A DNA stretch of 64,000 nt, from positions 36,939 to 100,938 of the forward strand of contig BTVI01000007.1 in the NCBI GenBank assembly GCA_045862955.1. Reading direction: 5' to 3'. Positions 37,715-50,191 of the stretch are shown here, piece by piece. The notes under the pieces were generated by a model that worked only from the letters and a program-made list of their open reading frames with translations, was not told the DNA's origin and ran no database searches. The first letter of the stretch is position 1. Each line of letters begins with the position of its first letter. Made by a program: the position numbers and the translations under genes. This DNA is from Fimbriimonadales bacterium. GTDB taxonomy: Bacteria > Armatimonadota > Fimbriimonadia > Fimbriimonadales > JABRVX01.

Positions 37715-38602
37715 ATGCGAGATTGGGGAAGGCTGCTGACGGCAATCGTGACCCCCTTCTCGTCCGACGGGCAAAGCGTGAACCACGCCGAGATGGCGCG
37801 AATAGCCAACCACCTCGTAGACTCCGGTAGCTCGGGAATCGTGGTAGCAGGCACGACGGGAGAGTCTCCGACCCTAACGCATGAGGAGAAGTTGGCGGCG
37901 TTTCGAACCGTGCGCGAGGCCGTTGGACAGCGTGCAGCCATTGTGGCCGGAACGGGCAGCAACAGCACGGAGCAGTCCATCGAGCTAACGCTCGAGGCAG
38001 AGGAGATGGGTCTCGACGGCGCCATGCTGGTCGCGCCCTATTACAATAAGCCCTCCCAGGAAGGCCTCTTTCGCCACTTCCAAGCCGTTGCTTCTCGGAC
38101 CAAACTACCGGTGCTGATCTACAACATCCCCAGCAGGACGTCGGTGAACGTGGAGCCCTCTACCATCTTGCGTCTAATGGAGGCCTGTCCGAACGTGATC
38201 GCGGTGAAGGAAGCCAGTGGCAACATCGGTCAGATATCGGACCTTTGCGCTGCACTTCCGGAGGGTCGCAGAGTGTACAGCGGAGATGACGCACTGACTC
38301 TGCCTGTACTGGCGGTGGGCGGCTACGGCGTGGTGAGTGTCATGGCCCACGTTGCAGGCAGGGCGATCCGCGAGATGATCGAAGCGTACGTTTCGGGAAA
38401 CACGGGTGAAGCGCTCCGGCTGCACCGAGCGACGGCGCCACTCTGCAAAGCGCTGTTCTGCACCACGAGCCCCACGCCCGTGAAAGAAGCCGTAGGCATG
38501 CTGGGTTACGACGTCGGTCCGGTTCGGCTGCCCCTCGTGCCCCTGAACTCGGAGCAGCGGAGCCTAGTCAGAGAAGCGATGGTGGCGGCGGGGGTGTTAT
38601 GA
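37715..38602 (+). CDS. dapA: 4-hydroxy-tetrahydrodipicolinate synthase
   Basis: TAIVTPF, GTTGESPTL, PYYNKP, YNIPSRT, KEASG. Confidence 0.96.
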   Translation: MRDWGRLLTAIVTPFSSDGQSVNHAEMARIANHLVDSGSSGIVVAGTTGESPTLTHEEKLAAFRTVREAVGQRAAIVAGTGSNSTEQSIELTLEAEEMGLDGAMLVAPYYNKPSQEGLFRHFQAVASRTKLPVLIYNIPSRTSVNVEPSTILRLMEACPNVIAVKEASGNIGQISDLCAALPEGRRVYSGDDALTLPVLAVGGYGVVSVMAHVAGRAIREMIEAYVSGNTGEALRLHRATAPLCKALFCTTSPTPVKEAVGMLGYDVGPVRLPLVPLNSEQRSLVREAMVAAGVL

Positions 38603-39729
38603 TCGGGACGCAAAAGCACAGGTTCTTCTTTCATCCAGGCTCCTACGAGTACGACTTCGGTCACCCTCATCCACTTCGCCCCGAAAGACTGCGTCGCACC
38701 CTGGACCTGCTAGCCGCCGTAGGTGTCACCGACGGAATGCGGGTGGAGGAGCCCGAGCTGGCGCATACCGACGAGCTACTGCGCTGCCATTCCCACGAAT
38801 ACATCGTCGCCGTGGAGCGGGCCAGCGACGGTCACGTGGCAGAGCTGGAGTTCGGCTTGCGTGCAACGGACAACCCCGCGTTCCCCGGGATGTTCGAAGC
38901 TTCGCTGGCGTACACCAGTGCGTCCGTGTCCGCGGCCTACGCGGTCGTCAACGGTGCCGATGTGGCATTCAATATCACGGGTGGGCTCCACCACGCCATG
39001 CGCAGTCGAGCCGCAGGCTTCTGCATCTTCAACGATTGCGCCATCGCGTGTTCCATCCTGCGCGACCGATTCGCACGGGTGGCCTACGTGGATATCGACC
39101 TCCATCACGGCGACGGCGTACAATTTCTTTTCTATGACGACCCCACTGTGTTGACGGTCTCCATCCACCAAGACGGCCGCTCGTTGTTTCCGGGCACTGG
39201 ACACGTGAGCGAGATTGGCGAAGGGCCGGGCGAGGGTTCGTCGGTCAACGTGCCGATGCCGCCCGGCGCCACCGACTCGCTTTGGCTGGGGGTGTTCGAG
39301 CCGACACTCCGCCGTAGCTTCGAGCTTTTCGAGCCAGAAGCGGTGGTTCTGCAAATGGGGACGGACCCGCACTATCTCGATCCGCTCGGCCAGCTTTCGG
39401 TGACGGCGCAAGGATGGCTCGAGGCGGTGCGCATCGTTTCCAGCTACGGCCTGCCGCTCGTGGGGCTCGGAGGTGGAGGCTACAACCTATCCACGGTGCC
39501 ACGGATGTGGACTGCGGCCGTTGCGCACCTCTCCGGCGTTACCATTCCCGATGAGATTCCTTTGGACCTGGCAGCAAAGATCGGCGCCGACCACTTCTTC
39601 GACCTCGAACGCCCACCGGGAGAGGAAGCGATGACGGAGCAACTTCAACCCCTCGTTGACGACATCCGTCGTTCCGTCGCAGCCGGCCCGCTAGCAGCAC
39701 TCGAAAGACTAGCGCTATCCCGTGGGTAA
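38599..39729 (+). CDS. acuC: Histone deacetylase-family protein, AcuC-like
   Basis: HPLRP.R, GGLHHA, GFCIFND, YVDIDLHHGDGVQ, GGGGY. Confidence 0.88.
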   Translation: MIGTQKHRFFFHPGSYEYDFGHPHPLRPERLRRTLDLLAAVGVTDGMRVEEPELAHTDELLRCHSHEYIVAVERASDGHVAELEFGLRATDNPAFPGMFEASLAYTSASVSAAYAVVNGADVAFNITGGLHHAMRSRAAGFCIFNDCAIACSILRDRFARVAYVDIDLHHGDGVQFLFYDDPTVLTVSIHQDGRSLFPGTGHVSEIGEGPGEGSSVNVPMPPGATDSLWLGVFEPTLRRSFELFEPEAVVLQMGTDPHYLDPLGQLSVTAQGWLEAVRIVSSYGLPLVGLGGGGYNLSTVPRMWTAAVAHLSGVTIPDEIPLDLAAKIGADHFFDLERPPGEEAMTEQLQPLVDDIRRSVAAGPLAALERLALSRG

Positions 39730-41071
39730 GCGGGGCACGACCTTCGTCTGCCAGGAGTGTGGAGCCGCCACACCAAAGTGGTTGGGGCGGTGTCCTGCGT
39801 GCGATGCATGGAACAGCCTCGTCGAGGAGCCGACCGCCCCTGGCACGCAAGCATCGGGCGCACCCCCTTCGCAGCTGGCTCCGATCTCAGAGGTAGCTTC
39901 CCAGCCGCAGGAGCGGATCTCGACACGCCTCCCGGCGCTGGACGCTTTGCTAGGGGGCGGGTTGGTGCGCGGTTCCGTCGTGTTAGTAGCTGGGGAGCCG
40001 GGAGTAGGGAAGTCCACCATCGTATCGCAAGCTGCCGTGGGATTGTGCGAGGCCGGACCCGTCGTGTACGTGTCGGCCGAGGAGTCGCCTGCGCAGGTGG
40101 CTCTTCGCATGGCACGCCTCGGCGGCGCACCGAACAACCTGTTAGTGACGGACGAGGTGCGGGTAGAGGAGATGGAGGCTCATCTCTTGCGGGGCCACGC
40201 TGCCATCGTGGACTCCATCCAAACGGTACGCACGGACGCGCTCGAATCCGCGCAGGGCAGCGTATCACAAGTTCGAGAGTCGGCAGGACGCCTGCAGCGT
40301 ATCGCAAAGGAGAACGGTGTCTCGATACTGCTAATCGGGCACGTGACCAAAGAAGGTGCGATCGCGGGCCCCAGGGTGCTAGAGCACCTAGTGGATGTCG
40401 TGCTCTACTTCGAGGGGGAGCGGGGAGTTCCGTATCGAGTGCTGAGAGCTACCAAGAATCGCTTCGGCGCTACCGACGAAGTGGCTTTGTTCGAGATGGC
40501 AGAGGACGGCTTGCGGTCCGTCGAGAACCCATCTGCCGCCTTGCTTGCAGAGCGGGCCGAGGGGGCGCCCGGCTCCGCGGTCTTGCCGGTGATGGAGGGC
40601 TCGCGGTGCCTGCTGGCGGAGGTGCAGGCGCTCTGCACTCCGAGCTTCTTGACGAACCCCCGCCGCGTGTTCACGGGCGTGGACTACAATCGAATGACCA
40701 TCGTATTGGCGGTGATGGAGAAGCGGCTCGGCTTCCGCATGGGCGGTCAAGACGTCTTCCTGAACATCGCCGGCGGTCTGCGAGTGGAGGAGCCCGCAGC
40801 CGATCTGTGTGCGCTGCTAGCCGCTGTCTCCAGTATCAAAGACACCTCGCTGCCCAGCGACCTAGTCGTGTTCGGCGAGGTGGGACTTGCGGGCGAGCTC
40901 CGCTCCGTCGGCCACGCCGAGCGGCGACTGAAGGAAGCAGCGCGGATGGGTTTCCGCGCCGCCCTGATACCTAGCTCCCAGAAGGTCTCGGCCGATTCTG
41001 GACTTCATCTCATCCGCGCACCGGATGTGCGGAGTGCGATGAGCGCTACCCTTCCTGGGTCTGGCCGATAA
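39722..41071 (+). CDS. radA: DNA repair protein RadA/Sms
   Basis: CQECG...CPAC, GEPGVGKST, KNRFG, GEVGLAGE. Confidence 0.97.
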   Translation: MGKRGTTFVCQECGAATPKWLGRCPACDAWNSLVEEPTAPGTQASGAPPSQLAPISEVASQPQERISTRLPALDALLGGGLVRGSVVLVAGEPGVGKSTIVSQAAVGLCEAGPVVYVSAEESPAQVALRMARLGGAPNNLLVTDEVRVEEMEAHLLRGHAAIVDSIQTVRTDALESAQGSVSQVRESAGRLQRIAKENGVSILLIGHVTKEGAIAGPRVLEHLVDVVLYFEGERGVPYRVLRATKNRFGATDEVALFEMAEDGLRSVENPSAALLAERAEGAPGSAVLPVMEGSRCLLAEVQALCTPSFLTNPRRVFTGVDYNRMTIVLAVMEKRLGFRMGGQDVFLNIAGGLRVEEPAADLCALLAAVSSIKDTSLPSDLVVFGEVGLAGELRSVGHAERRLKEAARMGFRAALIPSSQKVSADSGLHLIRAPDVRSAMSATLPGSGR

Positions 41072-42659
41072 AGTAGGCCGGGTTCAGCGGCTCGCCCGTG
41101 GTTCTACGAATCGTCTCCCTCCAGTCGAATAGATCGCCCATCCTGAACAGGCCATCGCGGAAGAACTCTCCTAGCTTGGGACTGGTTACCATCTCTCGCA
41201 TGTCACCGCTCGTAATGACCTTGTTCAGGATGTAGTGGCGTAGCTGACACGCATACATGTCGCCGAGAAGGTAGTTGTGGTAGTACGCGGGAGCGAGTGC
41301 GACGTGTATCTTCGTCGCCCAGTCGGGCATATCACGGCCTTCCGGCTTGCGGACCAGCTGATTGGCCTGAACCAGGTCCCACCATAACCCGTTCAGGTCG
41401 CGGTCTGGGTCCTGATACATCCCGCGCTCGAAGTGGGTCATCACGAGCACCCACCGCGTGAAGATCAGCTTCTGCATACGGTCTTGTTCGCGTGCGGCTT
41501 TGGCGACCGCAGCGGCCTCCTCCGCGGGTACACCGGCATATTCGGTGAGCCACGCTTCGGTGTTCACGAGGCTGCCGAAGAAGATGGCGACCGCCTCCGT
41601 GGTCAGGACGTGACTGGGGCTGCGAAGCAACCAGGGCAAAGAGGGATCGATGAACTTATCGTACACGGCGTGTCCATACTCGTGCAGAAGCGTGCCCATC
41701 CACCTCGCCGTGGGCCGCACGTTGCACAATACGCGCACGTCGCCCCGCCGATCGATGTCTGTACAGAAGGCATGCTGGTTCTTTCCTTCGCGTTCGAACA
41801 GGTCCGACCGCTCGATGAGGTCGTCTACCGGCAGGCCGATCCGGTCGAAAAACCGAGTGGTGATCGCGACCAGGTCCTTGTCCGCAAAGTACCTATCCAT
41901 CTCCACCTTGGGCCGCGGAGCACCCTGAAAGTAAGGATCGGGGTAATTCCAGGGCAGCGATGCCTCCGCGTCGGTCAATCCGCACCGCTCGGCGATCTCC
42001 GCGTCCACCTTGGCCTTCACCTCGGCGAAACCCTTCATGCTGGCACGGTCCAGCTCGCCGAGTAGCGCCATCAGTTCCTCTACATCGAACTCCTGCAACC
42101 GCAGAGACTGGGTGTGGTAGTCGCTGAAGTGCAAGCGACGAGCTTCTGTGTTCCGCATTCGTGCGAGTTCGCGGATGTTGTCGGCTACCAGGGGCCCGAT
42201 TTGCTTGCTGGCTTCCCAGGCATCCCTTCGCTCGGCAACGTCCGCACTCTTGTGCAGCACTTCGTCCAGCACGTTGTTCGGAACTTTCTCTCCCCGAAAG
42301 TCCGCTCGGAAGTTGTTGTAGACGGCAGCCACCTCTTGCTCTTTGTCCACGATGGCGGCAAGAGATTCGGGTGACATCTGATGTCCCGTGTATGCGTTCA
42401 GCAGCACGCGGTGCATTCGCTTCATGACGGGGTCGGTGAACTTCTCCACCGAGGTCTGCCGCAGGAAGTCGAACTCATGGGGCCGAGCGTAGATGCCGCG
42501 ATACTGCTTCTGCAGTTCCGCCGCTCGCTGCATAGCCTCGGGCTTGCCGGTAGTCGCGAACTCCCAGGATGCGATGGCAGCCGCCGTGTGCAACGGTTCG
42601 ACCTCGGCCGTATGACGCGTGGCGAACTCCCGGATGCTCTCGTCGGAATGGGTTCCCAT
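41046..42659 (-). CDS. M3/M2-like metallopeptidase (oligopeptidase / peptidyl-dipeptidase-like)
   Basis: KNQHAFC, LLHEYGH (HExxH), TEAVA, YYHNY; ATG at 42659 with GAGGA; convergent overlap with radA. Confidence 0.85.
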   Translation of the reverse strand: MGTHSDESIREFATRHTAEVEPLHTAAAIASWEFATTGKPEAMQRAAELQKQYRGIYARPHEFDFLRQTSVEKFTDPVMKRMHRVLLNAYTGHQMSPESLAAIVDKEQEVAAVYNNFRADFRGEKVPNNVLDEVLHKSADVAERRDAWEASKQIGPLVADNIRELARMRNTEARRLHFSDYHTQSLRLQEFDVEELMALLGELDRASMKGFAEVKAKVDAEIAERCGLTDAEASLPWNYPDPYFQGAPRPKVEMDRYFADKDLVAITTRFFDRIGLPVDDLIERSDLFEREGKNQHAFCTDIDRRGDVRVLCNVRPTARWMGTLLHEYGHAVYDKFIDPSLPWLLRSPSHVLTTEAVAIFFGSLVNTEAWLTEYAGVPAEEAAAVAKAAREQDRMQKLIFTRWVLVMTHFERGMYQDPDRDLNGLWWDLVQANQLVRKPEGRDMPDWATKIHVALAPAYYHNYLLGDMYACQLRHYILNKVITSGDMREMVTSPKLGEFFRDGLFRMGDLFDWRETIRRTTGEPLNPAYFIGQTQEG

Positions 42660-42786
42660 GTCGTAGGTCCTCGTCTGGTGAAAGGTTCGCCATAGCGTAC
42701 CATGCTCTGGGGAACGTCCTGGAGGTACCCCTCGGTACAATGGTCGAGGGCGAGTATAGGTCGCCCAAACAAGGAGGTTAGTGAGG

Positions 42787-43197
42787 ATGTTCACGCACCG
42801 TGTGCTGGCCGCGGCCTTTCTCGCCGCTGTCGTATCCCCGGTTTTCGCCGATCCCGTGGCATTCGGCGGAGTCACGCTCTTCGAGATCAAGGCTGCCGCG
42901 GCGGGAAAGACGCCCGCGCAGCGCGTCGCCGAAGTCGAGGTAAGGCTTGTCGATATCCTGGGTGAGACCGATATCAAGGACAAGGATGTCGTTGTAAAGG
43001 CCGACAAGAGCGAGCGCAAGATTCTCGTGAAGAACCGACTCCTGGTCACTGTGACCAAGGAAGACGCGGCGTTCCACAAGACGACCATTGACAAGGTCGC
43101 GAAGAACTGGCGCGATCAAATCGCCAAGAAGATCGTCAACATGCACCTACTGCCCGAACAGGTCGGGCCCACCGCTCCGCCCGCCAAGAAGCGCTAG
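42787..43197 (+). CDS. Small secreted hypothetical protein
   Basis: Signal peptide (VFA|D); AGGAGG RBS; TACAAT at 42736-42741. Confidence 0.75.
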   Translation: MFTHRVLAAAFLAAVVSPVFADPVAFGGVTLFEIKAAAAGKTPAQRVAEVEVRLVDILGETDIKDKDVVVKADKSERKILVKNRLLVTVTKEDAAFHKTTIDKVAKNWRDQIAKKIVNMHLLPEQVGPTAPPAKKR

Positions 43198-43283
43198 AGG
43201 CGCAGGCGCATCGCACGGGACTCGGGCCGCCCTGGGGCGGCCCGAACTGGTTGTAAGAAGCCCTGTGGTAGCGGGAACGGTAG

Positions 43284-45171
<1,888 letters not shown>

Positions 45172-45175
<4 letters not shown>

Positions 45176-45537
45176 CGCCTCGAGAGCTATTGGACAATGT
45201 CGTAGCGGCGTCCGAGGAGCTCAAGGCGCTCGACCCTGTGGTGCTGGACATCCAGGGCAAAAGCACGATGGCCGACTTCATGTTCATCTGCACCGGCACC
45301 TCGGACGTACACGTGCGCTCCATCGTGGAGCGCATCGAAAAGAACCTGCGCGAAAAGCGCGTCAAGGTCAGCCACATCGAAGGACTGCCGCAAGCCACGT
45401 GGGTGTTGATGGACTATGGCACCGTAATCGTCAACGTAATGCAGGCAGAACAGCGCGAGTATTACGGAATGGAGGAGTTCTGGGAGAAGATGCCGCTCGT
45501 GGAGGACATCATCCTCGCCGTGCGGGAAGGTACGTAG
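45172..45537 (+). CDS. rsfS: Ribosome silencing factor
   Basis: KA.D...LD, DFMFICTG, WVLMDYG; follows nadD. Confidence 0.95.
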
Positions 45538-46251
45538 ATGGACCCCCTGTCGCCAAAGTCTGAAGAGCTGGAAAAGGTGCTCCGTCAGGCGCACCTTCAC
45601 AAGATGCGCCAAGAAAAGGCGCGCGCACTCGAGCTGATCACCCGCGCTACCGAGATGGCTCCCGAAGACCCCGATACCTGGGAGTTGATGGGAGACATGC
45701 TCGCCGACCTGGGCCGCTTCGAGGAGGCACAGACGGCATACAAGAAATGCTTGGAGCTAGTCCCCAACCGGGTCTCGGTGGAGAAGAAACACGCACGCGC
45801 GGTGTTCTACCAGAGCGAGAAGAGTTACGAGCGAGCGCGCATGGAGCAGATCATGAGTGGCGAAGTTCCGGTCGAGGTCTCGCTCGTACCGAGAAAACCC
45901 GGGCTAGCGCTGATGATGGGCCTCGTGCTGCCTAGTTCGGCTCAGTTCTATAACGGGCAGTTCTTGAAGGGTGCAATCATCCTAACCGTCCTGGTGGTGC
46001 TAAGCGCTGTGCTCTTGCTCAACCCCGGCTTCGTTTCGGCCGCAAGCGGCTTCGTGCACCTGATCGCAGCTAGACCCGAACCGGAGACCACACAGGCGCT
46101 CTCGTTTCCGATCCTCCTAACGGGTTTTCTTTGGCTCATCGTCTACATCTACTCGATCGTAGACGGCATCATCGTCTCGGCGAGGCTGGCCTCGAGCTAC
46201 CGGCCTCCGTCTCCTCCAGCGCCTTTGGCGGACAACCGGCCGAAGAGCTGA
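45538..46251 (+). CDS. TPR-containing membrane protein
   Basis: N-terminal TPR (WELMGDMLADLGRFEEA); C-terminal TM2-like segment QFYNGQFLKG plus TM helices. Confidence 0.75.
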   Translation: MDPLSPKSEELEKVLRQAHLHKMRQEKARALELITRATEMAPEDPDTWELMGDMLADLGRFEEAQTAYKKCLELVPNRVSVEKKHARAVFYQSEKSYERARMEQIMSGEVPVEVSLVPRKPGLALMMGLVLPSSAQFYNGQFLKGAIILTVLVVLSAVLLLNPGFVSAASGFVHLIAARPEPETTQALSFPILLTGFLWLIVYIYSIVDGIIVSARLASSYRPPSPPAPLADNRPKS

Positions 46252-46300
46252 GGCCCAGGGGCTATCCATGAGGCCCTCGGATCGGCCAGACTCGGAGCGT

Positions 46301-46786
46301 ATGCGCTCAGTTGCCATCTACCCAGGAAGCTTCGATCCGCCGACCTTCGGACACATGGATATCATCCGGCGCGCTGCGGCGCTGTATGAGCGCCTGATCG
46401 TCGCCGCAGGCAACAACCCGGACAAGCAGTACCTGTTCCCCGTGGAAACTCGTTTGGCCATGCTTCGCGATTGCTGCTCCGACCTGCCCGGAGTTGTTGT
46501 AGAATCCTTCGAAGGGCTCTTGGTCGAGTTCGCCCGGCGGCAGGGTGCCAGCGTGATCGTGAAAGGTCTGCGCGCGATCTCTGATTTCGACTACGAGTTC
46601 CAGATGGCCGTCGCCAACCGAATGCTGGACGGCTCGGTGGAGACGGTCTTCTTGATGACGAGCCAGGAGTACGCATATCTTTCGTCCAGCATCGTGAAGC
46701 AGATCGGTGCGATGGGCGGCGACGTCTCCAGCCTGGTACCTGCGTGCGTGGAGCGGAGGCTCCGCGAGCGCCTGCAATCCTTGTAG
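46301..46786 (+). CDS. coaD: Pantetheine-phosphate adenylyltransferase
   Basis: YPGSFDPPTFGH, KGLRA.SDFDYE, LSSSIVK. Confidence 0.97.
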   Translation: MRSVAIYPGSFDPPTFGHMDIIRRAAALYERLIVAAGNNPDKQYLFPVETRLAMLRDCCSDLPGVVVESFEGLLVEFARRQGASVIVKGLRAISDFDYEFQMAVANRMLDGSVETVFLMTSQEYAYLSSSIVKQIGAMGGDVSSLVPACVERRLRERLQSL

Positions 46787-46801
46787 TAGCGGAGTGCTGC
46801 G

Positions 46802-47335
46802 ATGGACATTCTGAAGATGATCGAAGAGCTGCGGGCGCAGCTCGAAGCTCCGAAGGGGTTCGGTAAGCTTCTGTGGGGCCTGAATCGCGACGAGTGCCTC
46901 ATGCTGGTCAGCAAGATTCGTGCTTCTCTCCCAGAGCAGGTGAAGAGCGCCGACAAGTTGACGCGTGAAAGCGAACGAATCCTGCACACCTCGCGACAAG
47001 ACGCCCAGGCCGAGCTCGAACGCGCGGCCAGAGAAGGGGAGAAGATCAAGCAAGAAGCCCTTCGGGAGGCGGAGCGCATTCTGGAGCAAGCTTCCCTCCA
47101 GCAGGCGAAAATGCTCGACGAAAGCGAAGTGCTTAGGCTCGCCAACGAGGAAGCGAAGCGCCTTCTAGAGCGCACCCACGAGGAGTGCCGCAACCTGCGC
47201 CGCGGAGCCGACCAGTACGCCGGAGACGTGCTGGAGGAGCTGGAAGACGCAGTGTCGCGCGTGATGATGACCATCCAGAACGGCCGCCAACGCCTGGACG
47301 ACCGCCTGAACGAGAAACTGCCCCTCGCGAGGTAA
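46802..47335 (+). CDS. Coiled-coil conserved protein typically downstream of coaD (DivIVA/ATP synthase b-like)
   Basis: IRASLP, GADQYA..VL, TIQNGR; synteny with coaD. Confidence 0.75.
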   Translation: MDILKMIEELRAQLEAPKGFGKLLWGLNRDECLMLVSKIRASLPEQVKSADKLTRESERILHTSRQDAQAELERAAREGEKIKQEALREAERILEQASLQQAKMLDESEVLRLANEEAKRLLERTHEECRNLRRGADQYAGDVLEELEDAVSRVMMTIQNGRQRLDDRLNEKLPLAR

Positions 47336-47667
47336 TCCGGCCCGCTGGCCGGCAATCTGTTGACTGCCGCGTGCCCGGGCGTGCTCCCGACTGCCGTTTT
47401 CGCGCAGCGTAATCGTTGGCACACCGATGTTGTCGTGATAGTGGGTGGCGTCCCGGCAAACGTGCCGGGGCGGAGCATCGTCGGGCCGTTGCGCTGCGTT
47501 TTTGGGACGCTGGGTGACGCGGGTGTGCAACGACAAGCCGAAGCCGGGCTCGGCACGTGACTCGCGAAGAAGAACCCGAGATGCAGGGTGATTCAGGATG
47601 GGTCTCGCTCCTCGTCCCCGCCTTACACCCCCACGCGTCACACTCCCTCCCCGACGCACCCCTACTG

Positions 47668-47978
47668 GTCATGCCCATCCCCATCACACCTCCAATCTCG
47701 GCCGACAAGCCATAAGCTCGGTCTCTCTAGGGGCGTCCCACGCCTCCTTGCCACACTCCTACTCGTCACGGCTCCTGCCCGTCATGCCCATCCCCATCAC
47801 ACCTCCTGCCCGTCATACCGATCCCCGTCACACGTCGTACCCGTCATGCTCATCCCCGCCACACCTCCTGCCCGTCATGCTGAGCTTGTCGAAGCATGCA
47901 ACCGCGAGCCGCAAGCGTTGCATCGGAAGCCGCCACCATGCGTACGGCGAGGTCATGCTTCGACAGGCTCAGCATGAC
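47668..47978. repeat. 31-bp tandem units followed by a family-A REP doublet
   Basis: GTCATGCCCATCCCCATCACACCTCCTGCCC-like units at 47781/47812/47843 (partial at 47668); doublet at 47874-47978. Confidence 0.8.
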
Positions 47979-48181
47979 GAAGTTGTGCATGACTAAGCTC
48001 GACATGACGAGGTACAGCGTGACGAAGTCGAGCACGACTAAGCCCAGCATGACCAAGCTCCGCCCGATAGGGTTCAACATGACGAAGCTGAGCACGACCA
48101 AGCCCAACATGGCCAAGCTCCGCACGACAGAGCTCAGCATGACCAAGTCCAGCGTGACCGAGCCCAAGATGACGAGGTTCC
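47972..48181. repeat. Degenerate 15-bp tandem repeat, 14 units (consensus GCATGACNAAGCTCA)
   Basis: Read directly; the unit is a permutation of the REP arm AAGCTCAGCATGAC. Confidence 0.8.
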
Positions 48182-48325
48182 GTGTGGTGGGCTACGCGTC
48201 GAAGCACGGCTGGAACGTGTCTCGGGACGACGGGAACGTGACGGAGAGCACGTTCGAAAAGGTTGCGGGCACACGATTAGCTGGCCCACAACTCCTACGC
48301 GGTTGGTTGGACTGCTCGAGAAGAA

Positions 48326-48352
48326 GCGGCCTCCGGGTGCCCCGGAGGCCGC
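48326..48352 (-). terminator. Intrinsic terminator after the DUF1565-like gene
   Basis: GCGGCCTCCGGG-tgc-CCCGGAGGCCGC followed by TTCTTCTC on the minus strand. Confidence 0.65.
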
Positions 48353-48379
48353 GTCATTCAGAGAGACAGGTCACCTTGG

Positions 48380-50191
48380 CTACGGTGGGCAGTTGCCTTC
48401 GGTGCCACCGGTCACCCTCCAGTGCCAGCCATCCGCAGCACCCGCTACGACGATGTTCACTCCACACACCGGCGGATTGTCGGTGAACGTGTTGTCAATC
48501 GCCTGAAGCCTAGCGCCGCTCGGACGCGAGTCGTCGAGGTCGATCGCGCAGTTGCTGAAGGTGTTGCCGCCCGGATCCGTGGTGGTGCCCGCGTCCACGA
48601 CGCCCTTTAGAACCTGAATGGCCGCGCCCGTAGTGTTCTCGAACCTGCAGCCACGAACCGTAACGCTTTGCGCATTGCCCGGCCCTGTGACGATGATGCC
48701 GTTCGTCGAACTGGTGAAGGTGGTACCAGAAACCGCAACCGTCACGTCGGCGTTGATTAAGAGCCCCGCGGCGCTCTGAGCCGATAGAGTGCAGTTCCGG
48801 ATGGTAAACGCCAAGCCCGCTTGGTCTGCTTCCACGGCGTTGGGAGGAGGACTCACGCTGCCGGTGCCAGCGATCAGCATGTCCTCGAGCGTCGCGTCGT
48901 TGCCTCGGATCAGCACGACGCGAGCCGCGCTGCCGCCGCTGTATGGCGACACCGCTCGGAAGCCTTTCAGGGTGACGCGGTCACCGGAGATCAGGAAGAC
49001 CGTGGTGTCTGCCGCTCCGCCCGTTACGATGACGCTCGCCGGCGTCGCCCCACCGACGATGGTCACGTCGTCTGGAACGGTTATGGGGAAGGTTTCGCCG
49101 GAAGCGGCGCTGTACACACCCGCCTTCAGGAAAACGGGGAGGCCCGGCACACGGCCGTCGTTGAGGGCCTCGCCGATGGTCTTGTACGGGTTAGCCGCCG
49201 AACCATCGCCGCTCGTCGCCACGTTGGGGTCCACGTACACGGCCGACTCGCAGACCGTGCCGATGTCCCACCCGGGCGCGCCGGCTTCTGCAAAAACGTT
49301 CGTTCCGCACTGAGCTGCCGGACTGAACGTATTTCCCCGAGCCTGCATTACAGAGCCGCCGCTGCGTGCGTCGCGCAAGTGGTATAGCAGCGACCCGGTG
49401 AAGGTGTTTCCACCAGGAGAAGCATCGGTTCCCGCATCCACCGATCCGCCCTCGACGTTGATCCCTGCCTGAGCGTTCGCGTTGAACGTGTTCGTGCGCA
49501 GCGTAACCGTACTACTGCTCGCAGTGCTCGCCAGATGAACGCCGTAGTCGCAGTTGGCGAACGTGTTCCCCGTGACGGTGCCCGCCGCGTTAGTCCCAGA
49601 GATGGCGATGCATGCCGCGTTGGGAGCGGACAGCGAACTGCCGGTGACCGAGAAGACTACGTTATTGGCACTTACGGCGACACCATGCCTGCCCGCTGAG
49701 CCGGCGCCTACGATCGCGCAGTCGATCACCTCGGTGGGAGAAGCCGTCGATCCCGCCGCGATCAGCACCGCCCGCGCGCTCGCTGCTGTGGATGTGCTCT
49801 CAACCTTTACCTTGTTGAGGCTGGACCCGAGCTGAAGCTGAACGACGGTGGCATTCGCCGCGCCGCCCACAATCTGAACGTCCGCTGCCGTCGCAGCAGT
49901 ACCTTCGAGATCCACGTTGGCAGGAATCACGAGTGGAAAGGTCTCCCCCGCGGCCGCGTTGTACACACCGCTGCCAACGCGAATCTTCAGCAGCGTGCTC
50001 ACCTCGGGATCGGTGAGTGCCTTGGTGATCGTTCTGTAGGGGTTGGCCTGTGTACCATCACCGGTCGCATCGTTGCCCGTTCCCGCGACGTACACGGCGA
50101 CGCGCACCGCCGGGCCACCGCCCCCCCCTCCTCCGCAGCCGGCGAAAAGAAGAGGAAGGATAGCCGGGACGATCAAAGCAAGTCGCTTCAT
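48380..50191 (-). CDS. Lipoprotein with two DUF1565-like right-handed beta-helix domains
   Basis: Lipobox LFAG|C plus poly-Gly; two copies of YV...GDG...NPY[RK]TI..AL...G.Y....GETFP and VDAGT...PGGNTF. Confidence 0.82.
   Translation of the reverse strand: MKRLALIVPAILPLLFAGCGGGGGGGPAVRVAVYVAGTGNDATGDGTQANPYRTITKALTDPEVSTLLKIRVGSGVYNAAAGETFPLVIPANVDLEGTAATAADVQIVGGAANATVVQLQLGSSLNKVKVESTSTAASARAVLIAAGSTASPTEVIDCAIVGAGSAGRHGVAVSANNVVFSVTGSSLSAPNAACIAISGTNAAGTVTGNTFANCDYGVHLASTASSSTVTLRTNTFNANAQAGINVEGGSVDAGTDASPGGNTFTGSLLYHLRDARSGGSVMQARGNTFSPAAQCGTNVFAEAGAPGWDIGTVCESAVYVDPNVATSGDGSAANPYKTIGEALNDGRVPGLPVFLKAGVYSAASGETFPITVPDDVTIVGGATPASVIVTGGAADTTVFLISGDRVTLKGFRAVSPYSGGSAARVVLIRGNDATLEDMLIAGTGSVSPPPNAVEADQAGLAFTIRNCTLSAQSAAGLLINADVTVAVSGTTFTSSTNGIIVTGPGNAQSVTVRGCRFENTTGAAIQVLKGVVDAGTTTDPGGNTFSNCAIDLDDSRPSGARLQAIDNTFTDNPPVCGVNIVVAGAADGWHWRVTGGTEGNCPP

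Noticed and set aside
39645..40974. Long alternative-frame and antisense ORFs over radA (typical of many in the track)
   Set aside because: Shadow ORFs expected in GC-rich coding DNA; Arg/Pro/Ala-rich with no motifs.
41046..43094. 682-aa version of the peptidase
   Set aside because: The extension overlaps the divergent secreted gene; the RBS supports ATG 42659.
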